The notes beneath the pieces are model-generated. The model ran no database searches and was not told the DNA's origin. It worked only from the letters and a program-made list of their open reading frames with translations. The position numbers and the translations under genes were made by a program. From Clostridia bacterium (GTDB lineage Bacteria; Bacillota; Clostridia; UMGS1883), in the NCBI GenBank assembly GCA_030527235.1, contig JAUNBL010000004.1, positions 13,932-77,931 on the forward strand: a stretch of 64,000 bases of DNA. The letters run 5' to 3'. Position 1 is the first letter of the stretch. Each line of letters begins with the position of its first letter. Below, piece after piece: positions 36,216 through 44,887 of this stretch.

Positions 36216-36248
36216 AAGGACGGGACCTCATGAGGTCCCGCCCTTTTA
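36214..36248. terminator. Bidirectional intrinsic terminator between the convergent GltS and cysK genes
   Basis: AAAAGGACGGGACCTC-AT-GAGGTCCCGCCCTTTT. Confidence 0.85.
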
Positions 36249-37178
36249 TGCGTCAAATACTCCTGTTGAGAGATACCGCGTTCCACTGTCCGGCAAAATC
36301 GCCACAATCGTTTTATCGGCGCTCTCACTGCGCTTTGCCAGTTCAACTGCCGCCCAGATTGCCGCGCCTGAGGATATTCCCGCCATTATACCTTCGGTTC
36401 GGGCGAGTTCACGAGTCGCTAAAAGCGCGTCCTCATCCTTGACAGACATAACTTCATCATAAATATTTGTATTTAAGAGTTCCGGCACAAAGTTGGCGCC
36501 TATTCCCTGAATCTTGTGTCCCCCGGCGCGGCCTTCCGAAAGGAGCGGCGACGACGCAGGTTCTACGGCAACAACTTTAAGCGAGGCTTTTTGCGCCTTC
36601 AAATATTCGCCTGCTCCGCTTATCGTCCCTCCCGTGCCTACTCCGGCAACAAAAATATCAATCTCTCCGTCCGTGTCGCGCCATATTTCCGGCGCGGTGG
36701 TCTCAAAATGCGCGCGCGCGTTTGCGGGATTTTCAAACTGGCCGGGGATAAAGCTGTGCGGAGTTTCTGCCGCGATTTTTCGCGCCGCAGCAACTGCGCC
36801 CGCCATGCCTTCCGTACCCGGTGAAAGCACAACCTTTGCACCGTATGCGCTCATCAAAAGTCGCCGCTCTTTGCTCATCGTATCCGGCATCACAATTATT
36901 GTCCGGTATCCCCGTGCTGCGGCAACTGCCGCGAGCGCGACTCCTGTATTACCGGAGGTTGGCTCAATTATCACCGATGCTTCTCCTATGAGTCCCTTTT
37001 GCTCCGCCTCGTCAAGCATTGCTTTTGCAGCGCGGTCCTTAACGCTGCCTGCGGGATTGCAGCATTCGAGCTTGCCCAGAATGCGCGCGTGCAGCGCGTT
37101 CTTTCGAACGAGATTCTTCAGTTCAAGCAGCGGTGTTTCACCTATAAGCATGTCAATTGACGTGTAAATTTTCGACAT
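36246..37178 (-). CDS. cysK: Cysteine synthase A (O-acetylserine sulfhydrylase)
   Basis: 310 aa. The PLP-lysine region is NPAGSVKDRAA; other blocks are PTSGNTGVALA and GVGTGGTISG. Confidence 0.9.
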   Translation of the reverse strand: MSKIYTSIDMLIGETPLLELKNLVRKNALHARILGKLECCNPAGSVKDRAAKAMLDEAEQKGLIGEASVIIEPTSGNTGVALAAVAAARGYRTIIVMPDTMSKERRLLMSAYGAKVVLSPGTEGMAGAVAAARKIAAETPHSFIPGQFENPANARAHFETTAPEIWRDTDGEIDIFVAGVGTGGTISGAGEYLKAQKASLKVVAVEPASSPLLSEGRAGGHKIQGIGANFVPELLNTNIYDEVMSVKDEDALLATRELARTEGIMAGISSGAAIWAAVELAKRSESADKTIVAILPDSGTRYLSTGVFDA

Positions 37179-37298
37179 AATAACCCTCCTTGTCTGCGGA
37201 TATTATACTACGCCGTGACAAATACTTCAATAGCAATAAAAATAAAAGTGGACGCGGAAGAATAAATATAGTATACTATAATTTAAGGAGGGACGTAT

Positions 37299-38048
37299 AT
37301 GCCGATACAAATGCCTCAAATCCCCCAAATTGAAAGGCTGGACATTGACATCCTTGACGCGGACGCGGCAGAAAAAAGGCTTTTTGCAAGCTCGCTTGGT
37401 TTTTACCGCCTGTTTTGGGTGTTTCTTATAGGCTCTTTTCTGGGTGTTGTAATAGAAACCATATGGTGCTTTATTATGTACCAATGCTTTGAATCCCGCG
37501 CCGGTCTTGTTATCGGGCCGTTCAATCCCGTGTACGGGACTGGCGCCATAGTTCTTACTCTCGGACTTCACCCGCTTCGCAAAAAACGCGATGCGATAAT
37601 TCTTGTCGCAGGCGGCTTTCTGGGCGGAATGGTGGAATACGCAAGTTCTTGGATACAACAGGTAAGCCTCGGTTCAACTTCATGGGACTATTCCGACCAG
37701 CGATTCAATATCGGCGGCAGGACGTCGCTTCTTTACATGTTTTTTTGGGGAGTCCTAGCTATAATATGGATAAAAGACATCTATCCGCGCCTATCAAAGC
37801 TCATAACGAAAATTCCAATGCGCTTAGGAACGGTTTTGACTTGGATATTTCTCTTGTTCATGGTTGCCGACTGCGGTCTTTCAGCAGGCGCGGTATATCG
37901 GCGAGCCATGCGTCTTGAGGGCGTTGCCCCGAAAACTCGTGCGGATATGTTTTTTGACGAGGTTTTCCCCGATGAGAGAATGGACTGGATATATCCGCAT
38001 ATGAATTTCGGCGTTGAAAAAACTGTGGACAATTTACCCTCTTCATGA
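37299..38048 (+). CDS. Integral membrane protein of unknown function (possibly the family annotated as putative ABC-transporter type IV)
   Basis: 249 aa with about 6 hydrophobic segments and GGAGGG 6 nt upstream. The family assignment is from memory and weak. Confidence 0.5.
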   Translation: MPIQMPQIPQIERLDIDILDADAAEKRLFASSLGFYRLFWVFLIGSFLGVVIETIWCFIMYQCFESRAGLVIGPFNPVYGTGAIVLTLGLHPLRKKRDAIILVAGGFLGGMVEYASSWIQQVSLGSTSWDYSDQRFNIGGRTSLLYMFFWGVLAIIWIKDIYPRLSKLITKIPMRLGTVLTWIFLLFMVADCGLSAGAVYRRAMRLEGVAPKTRADMFFDEVFPDERMDWIYPHMNFGVEKTVDNLPSS

Positions 38049-38106
38049 TACAATATGCAGCAGATAAGGTTAAATTGTTTCAAGTTTTTTTGAAGGAGGA
38101 GGGTAT

Positions 38107-38643
38107 ATGAATAAAACAAGGCGGCTCGTTTTGTCGGGACTTTTTCTCGCGCTCGGAATGCTTTTGCCGTTTTTGACGGCGCAGAACCGAGAGCTTGGCA
38201 ATATGCTTCTCCCCATGCATATACCTGTGCTGTTGTGCGGTTTCTTGTGCGGCAGTTATCATGGGGCCGCGGTTGGGGCCATCTGTCCGCTGCTGCGCAG
38301 CGTTTGGCTGTCGATGCCTCCGCTTTTTCCGAATGCGATTTGCATGGCATTTGAACTTGCGGCGTACGGGCTGTGTGCGGGCTTGGTTTATTCATTCCTG
38401 GCAAAGCGTATGGATGACAAAAAAATTTTTCCGGCGCTTTTTGCTCTTATCGCCGCAATGCTTGCCGGACGCTTTGTATGGGGCGCGGCGGCGGCTGTTT
38501 TTTACCCGATGGCGGGGCTTCCCATAGGCGTGGATGTGTTTTTGACATCGGCGTTTATAAGCGGCGCAGCGGGCATCCTCATTCAAATTATAATCATACC
38601 GCCGATAGTGTGCGCTATGAAAAATTTTGTGCTTAAAAAATAG
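38107..38643 (+). CDS. ECF-transporter S-component-like membrane protein; substrate unknown
   Basis: 178 aa with about 6 TM segments and a strong RBS (GGAGGAGGG). The size and topology are typical of ECF S components. Confidence 0.5.
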   Translation: MNKTRRLVLSGLFLALGMLLPFLTAQNRELGNMLLPMHIPVLLCGFLCGSYHGAAVGAICPLLRSVWLSMPPLFPNAICMAFELAAYGLCAGLVYSFLAKRMDDKKIFPALFALIAAMLAGRFVWGAAAAVFYPMAGLPIGVDVFLTSAFISGAAGILIQIIIIPPIVCAMKNFVLKK

Positions 38644-38686
38644 TTTTTGATTACATAGCCAATAATAAAGAGAGGTGAGAAGAATG

Positions 38687-38802
38687 GACGCGGGAGGAAG
38701 TAACAGTCGAAAATGGAGGAAGCATTCTTGCGAACGGCCGCGTTGGGCGCGTCTGTCTTCTTGCGTGTGCTTCCCCCAACAATAAATGATTGGGGGTTTT
38801 TT
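38687..38802 (+). promoter_or_regulatory. Structured mgtE leader ending in an intrinsic terminator; candidate Mg2+-responsive riboswitch or attenuator
   Basis: The terminator is CCCCCAA (38773-79) paired with TTGGGGG (38790-96), followed by T6. The competing pairing joins GCTTCCCCC (38769-77) to GGGAGGAAG (38692-38700) or GGAGGAAGC (38715-23). The closing helix is GACGCG (38687-92) with CGCGTC (38748-53). Confidence 0.55.
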
Positions 38803-38803
38803 A

Positions 38804-40159
38804 ATGGCAGAGAGAGAAATTCGTGTAGAGGATACGGTCGCGGCGCTGCTTGAGAGCAAAAAATACGCCTCCGTCCGTGACATGCTTATTGCCACAAACA
38901 GCGCCGATGTTGCGGCGATTTTTGAACGCCTGCCTTCGGAGAAGCTGCCGCTTTTGTTCAGACTGCTGCCGAAAACACAAGCGGCGGAGGTCTTTGTGGA
39001 AATGGACTCCGACACACAGCAGCACCTTATCCACGGCTTTTCGGACGCGGAGCTTCGCGATGTGGTCGAGGAGCTCTATGTGGACGACACCGTTGATATC
39101 GTAGAGGAAATGCCGGCCAATGTGGTTAAGCGCATCCTCGCCAGCTCCGATGCGGACACACGGCGGATGATTAACGAGATTTTGAAGTACCCGGAGGATT
39201 GCGCCGGCAGCATAATGACTACCGAGTATGTTTCTCTGCGCCCCAATATGAGCGTGGAGGACGCGATGCTTCGCATCAGACGCACGGGAGTGGACAAGGA
39301 AACCATATACACCTGCTATGTTACCGATGACAACCGTCGTCTTCTCGGATTTGTGACTGTGAAAGACATGCTTTTGGCCGAGGACGATGAGAAAATTTCC
39401 GATGTAATGACGACAAATATTATTTTCGCACAGACACTTGAGGACAAGGAGGACGTGGCGAAAAAATTCAGTAAATACGACGTGCTTGCCCTTCCTGTCG
39501 TAGACGAGGAGGGGCGGCTTGTCGGCATAGTTACTGTTGACGATGCTATCGATGTCTTACAGGATGAAGCAACGGAGGACATTGAGATGATGGCCGCTAT
39601 TACGCCATATGACAAGCCTTACCTCAAAACAAATATTTGGGAATTGTTTCGCGCGCGCGTTCCATGGCTTTTGCTTTTAATGGTATCGGCAACGTTTACT
39701 GGGATGATAATAACGTCTTTTGAGAGCGCTCTTGCCGCACAGGTCACGCTTACGGCATTTATCCCCATGCTTATGGATACGGGCGGAAACAGCGGAAGTC
39801 AAGCCTCTGTAACGATTATCCGCAGCCTTTCTCTCGGTGAGTTAGAGTTTTCGGACCTTTGGCGCGTACAGTGGAAAGAGCTTCGCGTGGCGCTGCTTTG
39901 TGCGCTGACGCTCGCCGCGGCAAACTTTTTGAAGCTTATGCTTTTTGACCGCCTCAGCATAGTCGTTGCCGCCACCGTTTGTTTAACGCTTGCGGCAACG
40001 ATTGTCGTGGCAAAAATAGTCGGCTGTACAATGCCCATGCTTGCAAAAAAAATCGGGTTTGACCCAGCCGTTATGGCAAGTCCGTTTATAACAACCATAG
40101 TGGATGCGCTTTCCCTTTTGCTCTATTTCCGCTTCGCGACGATACTTCTACATCTTTAA
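38804..40159 (+). CDS. mgtE: Magnesium transporter MgtE
   Basis: The layout is an N-domain, a CBS pair and 5 TM segments, with block IPMLMDTGGNSGSQAS. ATG 38804 is the start; the track ATG at 38786 lies in the terminator loop. Confidence 0.9.
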   Translation: MAEREIRVEDTVAALLESKKYASVRDMLIATNSADVAAIFERLPSEKLPLLFRLLPKTQAAEVFVEMDSDTQQHLIHGFSDAELRDVVEELYVDDTVDIVEEMPANVVKRILASSDADTRRMINEILKYPEDCAGSIMTTEYVSLRPNMSVEDAMLRIRRTGVDKETIYTCYVTDDNRRLLGFVTVKDMLLAEDDEKISDVMTTNIIFAQTLEDKEDVAKKFSKYDVLALPVVDEEGRLVGIVTVDDAIDVLQDEATEDIEMMAAITPYDKPYLKTNIWELFRARVPWLLLLMVSATFTGMIITSFESALAAQVTLTAFIPMLMDTGGNSGSQASVTIIRSLSLGELEFSDLWRVQWKELRVALLCALTLAAANFLKLMLFDRLSIVVAATVCLTLAATIVVAKIVGCTMPMLAKKIGFDPAVMASPFITTIVDALSLLLYFRFATILLHL

Positions 40160-40195
40160 GACGCCGCATATGTTTTGTATGAGGAAGTGAACGCC

Positions 40196-41773
40196 GTGGC
40201 AAAAAAGCCTTCTTTTATGTTAAGCGTTATTACCATCGTATGCTCGCAGCTTTTGGTTAAGCTGCTTGGCTTTGCGTACAGAACAATAATAACAAACATC
40301 GATGGTTTTGGCGATTTGGGCAACGGCTATTATAATTACGGATTCCAGATATACACGTTACTTTTGGCCGTTTCATCCGTAGGTATTCCGAACGCAATCG
40401 CAAAGCTTGTCAGTGAAAAGGATGCCGTAAATGACTTTCGCGGCGCGATGCGCATTTTTAAGGTCGCTTTGGTTGTCTTTACCGTTATCGGCGGAGCGCT
40501 TTCATGCTTGCTCTACTTCGGTGCGGAGTTCGTTGCAAACGTGATTCTCGTTACTCCTCCGGCGGTTTATACGATTCGTGTGCTTGCCCCATCGATACTT
40601 TTTGTTTCGGTGGCCAGTGTTATCCGCGGCTTCTTTGCCGGACAGCAAAACATGAACGCCACCGGAAGCGCGCAGGTCATGGAACAGTTCTTGAAAAGCT
40701 CTCTCACAATACTTATCGTCATTTCTATGACCGGCAAGAGCGCGGAGTATATGGCGGCGGGCGCAACGCTTGTGAGTTTGCTCTATCTTTGGATATTTAC
40801 AGCAGCACACCGCAAAGATATAAAACGCCGTATCATGGTCTCGGTAAACAGCGCGCCTCAAAAATTCAGTGTTATCGCGAAAGCCATTCTCGCCGTATCA
40901 ATTCCTATTTCCCTGAGCTCAATAATTAGCTCTCTTAACCGCGTTGTGGACACCATGACCGTGGTGCGTGGGCTGGAAACCGCTTTCCGCGGCATTTTGC
41001 CCGATGCAATGCTCAATGAAAATGCCGTCACGCTTTCGGGAATGCTTTCCAAGGGCGATGTTATAATTAACCTTCCGCTTGCACTTAATTTTGCACTCTC
41101 GGCGGCGCTGGTTCCGGCGATAGCCGCCGCGATGGTGCGAAGGGAACACGACAGTGCGGCGCGGAAAATATCTCTTTCGCTGCTTGTTTCAATTGTCGTT
41201 GCTTTACCGGCTGCGGCTGGCTGCGCCGTTCTCTCAAAGCAAATTTTTGCGCTGATATATCCCAACGCACCGCTTGGGTTTGACCTGTTCGCAATGAGCG
41301 CGGTAACCATATTTTTCTCTGCGGTAGCGCAAACCACATACGGCAGCCTTCAAGGTATCGGCAGGATTTTTATACCCGCAATCAGTGTGCTTATGGGTGG
41401 TATGGTGAAAGTATTGCTGAATCTCATCCTGATTCCTCTGCCCGCAGTTAACATATACGGCGCGCCTATAAGCTCCATTGCCTGTCAATGTGTAGCCTGC
41501 ACGTTCAGCGTGATAATGCTTCGCCGCAGTATTGCCGTCCCGTTTGACTTTGTGCGCTTTTTCCTGAAGCCACTGCTCGCCACGGGGATAATGTCCGCCT
41601 GCGTTTTTGCGGCATATAAAGGAGCAAACCTTGTCTTTAGCGGCGCGGTCGCCACACTTGCTGCCATTCTTGTAGGCGTCGTGGTTTACTGCATGGCAAT
41701 CGTAAAGCTGAGAACCTTTACGCGCGATGAGTTGATGACAATTCCGTTGATTAAAAAATTTATAAAGCCTTGA
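40196..41773 (+). CDS. MOP-superfamily polysaccharide/lipid II flippase (SpoVB/MurJ-like)
   Basis: About 14 TM segments and about 525 aa. GTG 40196 follows GAGGAAGTG; the track starts at a TTG at 40175. Confidence 0.7.
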   Translation: MAKKPSFMLSVITIVCSQLLVKLLGFAYRTIITNIDGFGDLGNGYYNYGFQIYTLLLAVSSVGIPNAIAKLVSEKDAVNDFRGAMRIFKVALVVFTVIGGALSCLLYFGAEFVANVILVTPPAVYTIRVLAPSILFVSVASVIRGFFAGQQNMNATGSAQVMEQFLKSSLTILIVISMTGKSAEYMAAGATLVSLLYLWIFTAAHRKDIKRRIMVSVNSAPQKFSVIAKAILAVSIPISLSSIISSLNRVVDTMTVVRGLETAFRGILPDAMLNENAVTLSGMLSKGDVIINLPLALNFALSAALVPAIAAAMVRREHDSAARKISLSLLVSIVVALPAAAGCAVLSKQIFALIYPNAPLGFDLFAMSAVTIFFSAVAQTTYGSLQGIGRIFIPAISVLMGGMVKVLLNLILIPLPAVNIYGAPISSIACQCVACTFSVIMLRRSIAVPFDFVRFFLKPLLATGIMSACVFAAYKGANLVFSGAVATLAAILVGVVVYCMAIVKLRTFTRDELMTIPLIKKFIKP

Positions 41774-41798
41774 CAAAACTTTAATACTGTTGTAAAAT
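41770..41798 (+). promoter_or_regulatory. Candidate promoter of the first CuAO_N/ricin gene
   Basis: TTGACA (41770-75), 17-nt spacer, TAAAAT (41793-98). Confidence 0.55.
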
Positions 41799-41829
41799 AC
41801 ATATGAAAATTTAATGGGGAGGAATAAAA

Positions 41830-43197
41830 ATGAAGAAGTTTTTATCTGCGATTCTGGTTCTTTGTATGATATTTTCTGTAACGGCGGCATTTGCCGCAGG
41901 AGAAGATGTCAAAATTGTCATTGACGGCGAAGAGCTTATTCCCACGGACGCTTTTGGCAGAACGGTCAGTCCGATTATTGAAAACGGCAGCACCTTTCTT
42001 CCTGTACGCGCGATAGCGAAAGCTCTTAACGTATCTATCTCCTGGGACGGCGCAACCAAAACGGTATTTATAGGTTCAACCGGAGGCAACCCGTCCCTGG
42101 GTGACAATGTAAACATTTTTATTGACGGAGCGGAGTTTATTGCCAAGGACGAGGCCGGCAGCACGGTATACCCGGTTTTGCTAAACGGCACTACATATCT
42201 TCCTGTCCGGGCGATAGCAACGGCGTTTGGGATGTCTGTCGCCTGGGATAACGCGACTCGCACGGTTACCTTGACTTCACCCGAACCGGAAAAAGTTGAC
42301 GAAGCAATGCTTGAGGGTGCGGCGACGGTTAAAGCAGGCGCATCGTTCGCTATCAGAAACGCCAAGAGCGGCAAATATATTTCCATCACTTCTGAAGCGG
42401 CCGGTTCTGCTACTGCGTTTTCGGACACTCCCGTGGCATGGCTTTTGGAGTCTGTAAGCGAAGAGCATTATCAGATAGTTTACGGGGCGAGTAGTCTCGC
42501 ACTGGATGTCAACGGCGTTTCAACTGCGGCCGGCGGCAATATAATTGTTTGGGATAAGAGCGGCGCAGACAATCAGCTTTTCGCGTTTACAAGGCAGGCT
42601 GACGGTACTTATACCATAACTATAAAACATTCACAGCTTAATGTGGACACCGACGGAACGCAGCTTATCCAGAACAGGGCTTCGACTGACGCGGCGCAGC
42701 GCTGGGTGCTTGTGAACACAGACGCGCCTGTGGCGACTGTCCAGGCAACGACTGCGACGGCAAAAAGCGGAGAAAAGGTTGCCATAAAGAATGTGGAGAG
42801 CGGAAAATACGTTTCTGCCGCTTCCTCCTCGGCAGGAGCGGCCACCACATTTGCGGACACACCCGCAGAATGGCTTTTGACTTCGACGGGAGACGGGCAT
42901 TTCCAGATATTTTTTGGTTCAAGCAACTACGCTTGGGATGTCAGCGGAGCTTCGACAGAATCCGGCGGCGCTTTGATTATCTGGGATAAGAGCGGCGATG
43001 ACAACCAGTGTTTTAAGATTACTGAGGACGGCAATGGCACGTATACTATAACAGCAAAGCATTCGCAGCTCAATGTAGGTACCGACAATTCACAGCTTAT
43101 TCAGGAGACTGCATCCTCCTCAAAAACGCAGCGATGGACTCTCGAAAAGGTGAGCGGAACCACAGTAACACAGGTAACAGGCCCCATAGGGAACTGA
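41830..43197 (+). CDS. Secreted protein with 2 copper-amine-oxidase-N-terminal-like domains and 2 ricin-type beta-trefoil lectin domains
   Basis: The signal peptide is MKKFLSAILVLCMIFSVTAAFA. The block DGEELIP...ENGSTFLPVRAIAKALNVSISWD occurs twice. Lectin-like DNQLF and QRWVL/QRWTL motifs are present. Confidence 0.7.
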   Translation: MKKFLSAILVLCMIFSVTAAFAAGEDVKIVIDGEELIPTDAFGRTVSPIIENGSTFLPVRAIAKALNVSISWDGATKTVFIGSTGGNPSLGDNVNIFIDGAEFIAKDEAGSTVYPVLLNGTTYLPVRAIATAFGMSVAWDNATRTVTLTSPEPEKVDEAMLEGAATVKAGASFAIRNAKSGKYISITSEAAGSATAFSDTPVAWLLESVSEEHYQIVYGASSLALDVNGVSTAAGGNIIVWDKSGADNQLFAFTRQADGTYTITIKHSQLNVDTDGTQLIQNRASTDAAQRWVLVNTDAPVATVQATTATAKSGEKVAIKNVESGKYVSAASSSAGAATTFADTPAEWLLTSTGDGHFQIFFGSSNYAWDVSGASTESGGALIIWDKSGDDNQCFKITEDGNGTYTITAKHSQLNVGTDNSQLIQETASSSKTQRWTLEKVSGTTVTQVTGPIGN

Positions 43198-43210
43198 CCA
43201 TTGTTAAAAA

Positions 43211-43235
43211 GCGGCACTGACAGTGCCGCTTTTTT
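43211..43235 (+). terminator. Intrinsic terminator
   Basis: GCGGCACT-GAC-AGTGCCGC followed by TTTTTT. Confidence 0.85.
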
Positions 43236-43249
43236 ATGTCTCAATAGTC

Positions 43250-43278
43250 TTGACAGCACACTGAAAGTAAGCTACAAT
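43250..43278 (+). promoter_or_regulatory. Candidate promoter of the second CuAO_N/ricin gene
   Basis: TTGACA (43250-55), 17-nt spacer, TACAAT (43273-78). Confidence 0.6.
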
Positions 43279-43305
43279 AAAATAAAAAAGGAGGAGGAAA
43301 TGTAA

Positions 43306-44235
43306 ATGAAAAAAGTCCTTGCAATTTTTCTGGCGCTGTGCGCGGCGCTTTCGCTCGCGGCAGCGGCTGCAGCGGCAGACGCGACAGCCAGAATCATCAT
43401 TGACGGCGAGGAGTATATTCCCAAGGATGCTCTGGGCAACACTGTCAGCCCGTTTATTGAAAACGGCAGTACATACCTTTCGATTCGCTCTATATCTGAT
43501 ATTTTTGATGTGAACGTTACGTGGGACTCCATCACGAAAACGGTGTACGTTGGCACAATGGGCGGTAACGCTTCTCTCGGCGAGGGAATCAACTTTTATT
43601 TTGACGGCGAGGAATATGAGGCCAAAAATGTTGCGGGAACACTTTTGAGTCCGATTTGGAAAAACGGCATACCGAATCTGCCTATCCGCGCGATAGCGAC
43701 TGAGCTCAGCGTGGGAATTGAGTGGGACAACGATAACCGTGCCGTTATTCTCACAAACCCTGAGCCTGAGAAGGTGGAAGATGCGCTGCTCGCCAATGCT
43801 GCGGAGCTCACGGCTAACGAGATGTTTGCTATCAGAAATGCAGCAAGCGGAAAATACGCTTCTGTCGTTTCTGAGGAAGCCGTTTCAGACACAGCATTCT
43901 CCGACGACCCCGTCGGCTGGTATGTACAGGCAGTGGACGATGAGTATTTCAAAATTGTCTACGGCGATGGAACCTATGTAATGGATGTTTGCGATCATTC
44001 CGTGCTGCCGGGGGGACGGCTGATTATTTGGAACAATTCAGGTACGGACAATCAGCTCTTTAAGTTTGTAAAACAAAGCGATGGAACATACATTATAAAA
44101 GGCAAGCAGTCCCAGCTCAATTTGGAGTCCGATGGAGCTAAACTTATTCAGAACAGGCGCTCGCCCGCGGCGATGCAGCGGTGGATTCTCGAAAAATCCG
44201 ATGCGCCTAAGCCGCCGGAGCCCACGGAAGAGTAA
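43306..44235 (+). CDS. Secreted paralog with 2 copper-amine-oxidase-N-like domains and 1 ricin-type lectin domain
   Basis: 309 aa with signal peptide MKKVLAIFLALCAALSLAAAAAAA. The domain order matches the upstream gene, with DNQLF and MQRWIL motifs. Confidence 0.7.
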   Translation: MKKVLAIFLALCAALSLAAAAAAADATARIIIDGEEYIPKDALGNTVSPFIENGSTYLSIRSISDIFDVNVTWDSITKTVYVGTMGGNASLGEGINFYFDGEEYEAKNVAGTLLSPIWKNGIPNLPIRAIATELSVGIEWDNDNRAVILTNPEPEKVEDALLANAAELTANEMFAIRNAASGKYASVVSEEAVSDTAFSDDPVGWYVQAVDDEYFKIVYGDGTYVMDVCDHSVLPGGRLIIWNNSGTDNQLFKFVKQSDGTYIIKGKQSQLNLESDGAKLIQNRRSPAAMQRWILEKSDAPKPPEPTEE

Positions 44236-44307
44236 CGAATCCATTATAAAAGATTCGTCCCAATGAACCAACCCATATTGCACAAAAGCGGCTGGTTGAA
44301 CAATAAA

Positions 44308-44343
44308 CTGACTTCGTTTTTCGAGCGGAGTCAGTTTTGTTTT
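44308..44343 (+). terminator. Intrinsic terminator
   Basis: CTGACTTCG-9 nt-CGGAGTCAG (one G-U pair) followed by TTTTGTTTT. Confidence 0.7.
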
Positions 44344-44373
44344 AAGGTAAATACATACATTTTTACAGCTTGG

Positions 44374-44413
44374 CATAACGAAACCTCCTATGGCAGTTTT
44401 TTACCATAGGAGG
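44374..44413 (-). terminator. Hairpin terminator of the asd-dapA-dapB-ACT operon
   Basis: CCTCCTATGG-10 nt-CCATAGGAGG, 14 nt after the ACT gene stop. On the minus strand it is followed by TTTCGTT, a weak U-tract. Confidence 0.55.
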
Positions 44414-44426
44414 CTCTTATTTGTCC

Positions 44427-44885
44427 TTATTTCAGGAGCAGCTCCACTGCCCTTTGTGCATCTTTGAGATTGACAAGCAACGTTATGTCTACGTCGGAAG
44501 ATGTTATCATTTTAACTTCTATGCCTTCTTCGCCAAGACAGCGAAACGCCGCTGCTCCCACACCACGGTTTTGATGCATTTTTTCACCGCGCAAAAGAAT
44601 TTTGCTGTTTCCTGTATTTACATGGCTTTGAAGCGCGCCGTGCTCATTTTGCAATTTCCCAAGCGTCCCCAGCGTATTGGCAAGGTCATCGTCCATAACC
44701 GTAAAGGACACGTTAATTTTATCGCCTATAGGAGGCGACATGTTGAGCATATCAATCGAGACTCCCTCCTCGGCAAGGGCGCCCAAAAGAACACCTATTG
44801 CTTTGCTGCTTGCGCTCACGCCCGAAACGGTGATTAGAGAAAGATTATCCACTGAATATACCTGCGTTATTATAGGATGAAACAT
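44427..44885 (-). CDS. Stand-alone tandem-ACT-domain protein resembling the aspartokinase regulatory (beta) region
   Basis: 152 aa. LITVSGVSASSKAIGVLLGALAEEGVSIDMLNMS and RGVGAAAFRCLGEEGIEVKMITSSDVDITLLV resemble aspartokinase C-terminal ACT repeats. Confidence 0.7.
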   Translation of the reverse strand: MFHPIITQVYSVDNLSLITVSGVSASSKAIGVLLGALAEEGVSIDMLNMSPPIGDKINVSFTVMDDDLANTLGTLGKLQNEHGALQSHVNTGNSKILLRGEKMHQNRGVGAAAFRCLGEEGIEVKMITSSDVDITLLVNLKDAQRAVELLLK

Positions 44886-44887
44886 AT

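Noticed and set aside
38644-38803. Calling the mgtE leader a canonical M-box riboswitch
   Set aside because: Only scattered matches to the consensus I remember are present, and the available length is too short. I kept it as an unclassified terminator-containing leader, pending a covariance-model search.
37781-39015. Two 207-aa minus-strand ORFs
   Set aside because: They overlap the plus-strand membrane-protein genes, the ECF-S gene and the mgtE leader. The sequences are basic and low-complexity, with no RBS.
43300-43305. Minimal start-stop cistron ATG-TAA immediately before the ATG of the second CuAO_N/ricin gene
   Set aside because: The SD (GGAGGAGG) is only 3 nt from this ATG but is optimally spaced for the downstream ATG. 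It is most likely coincidental.
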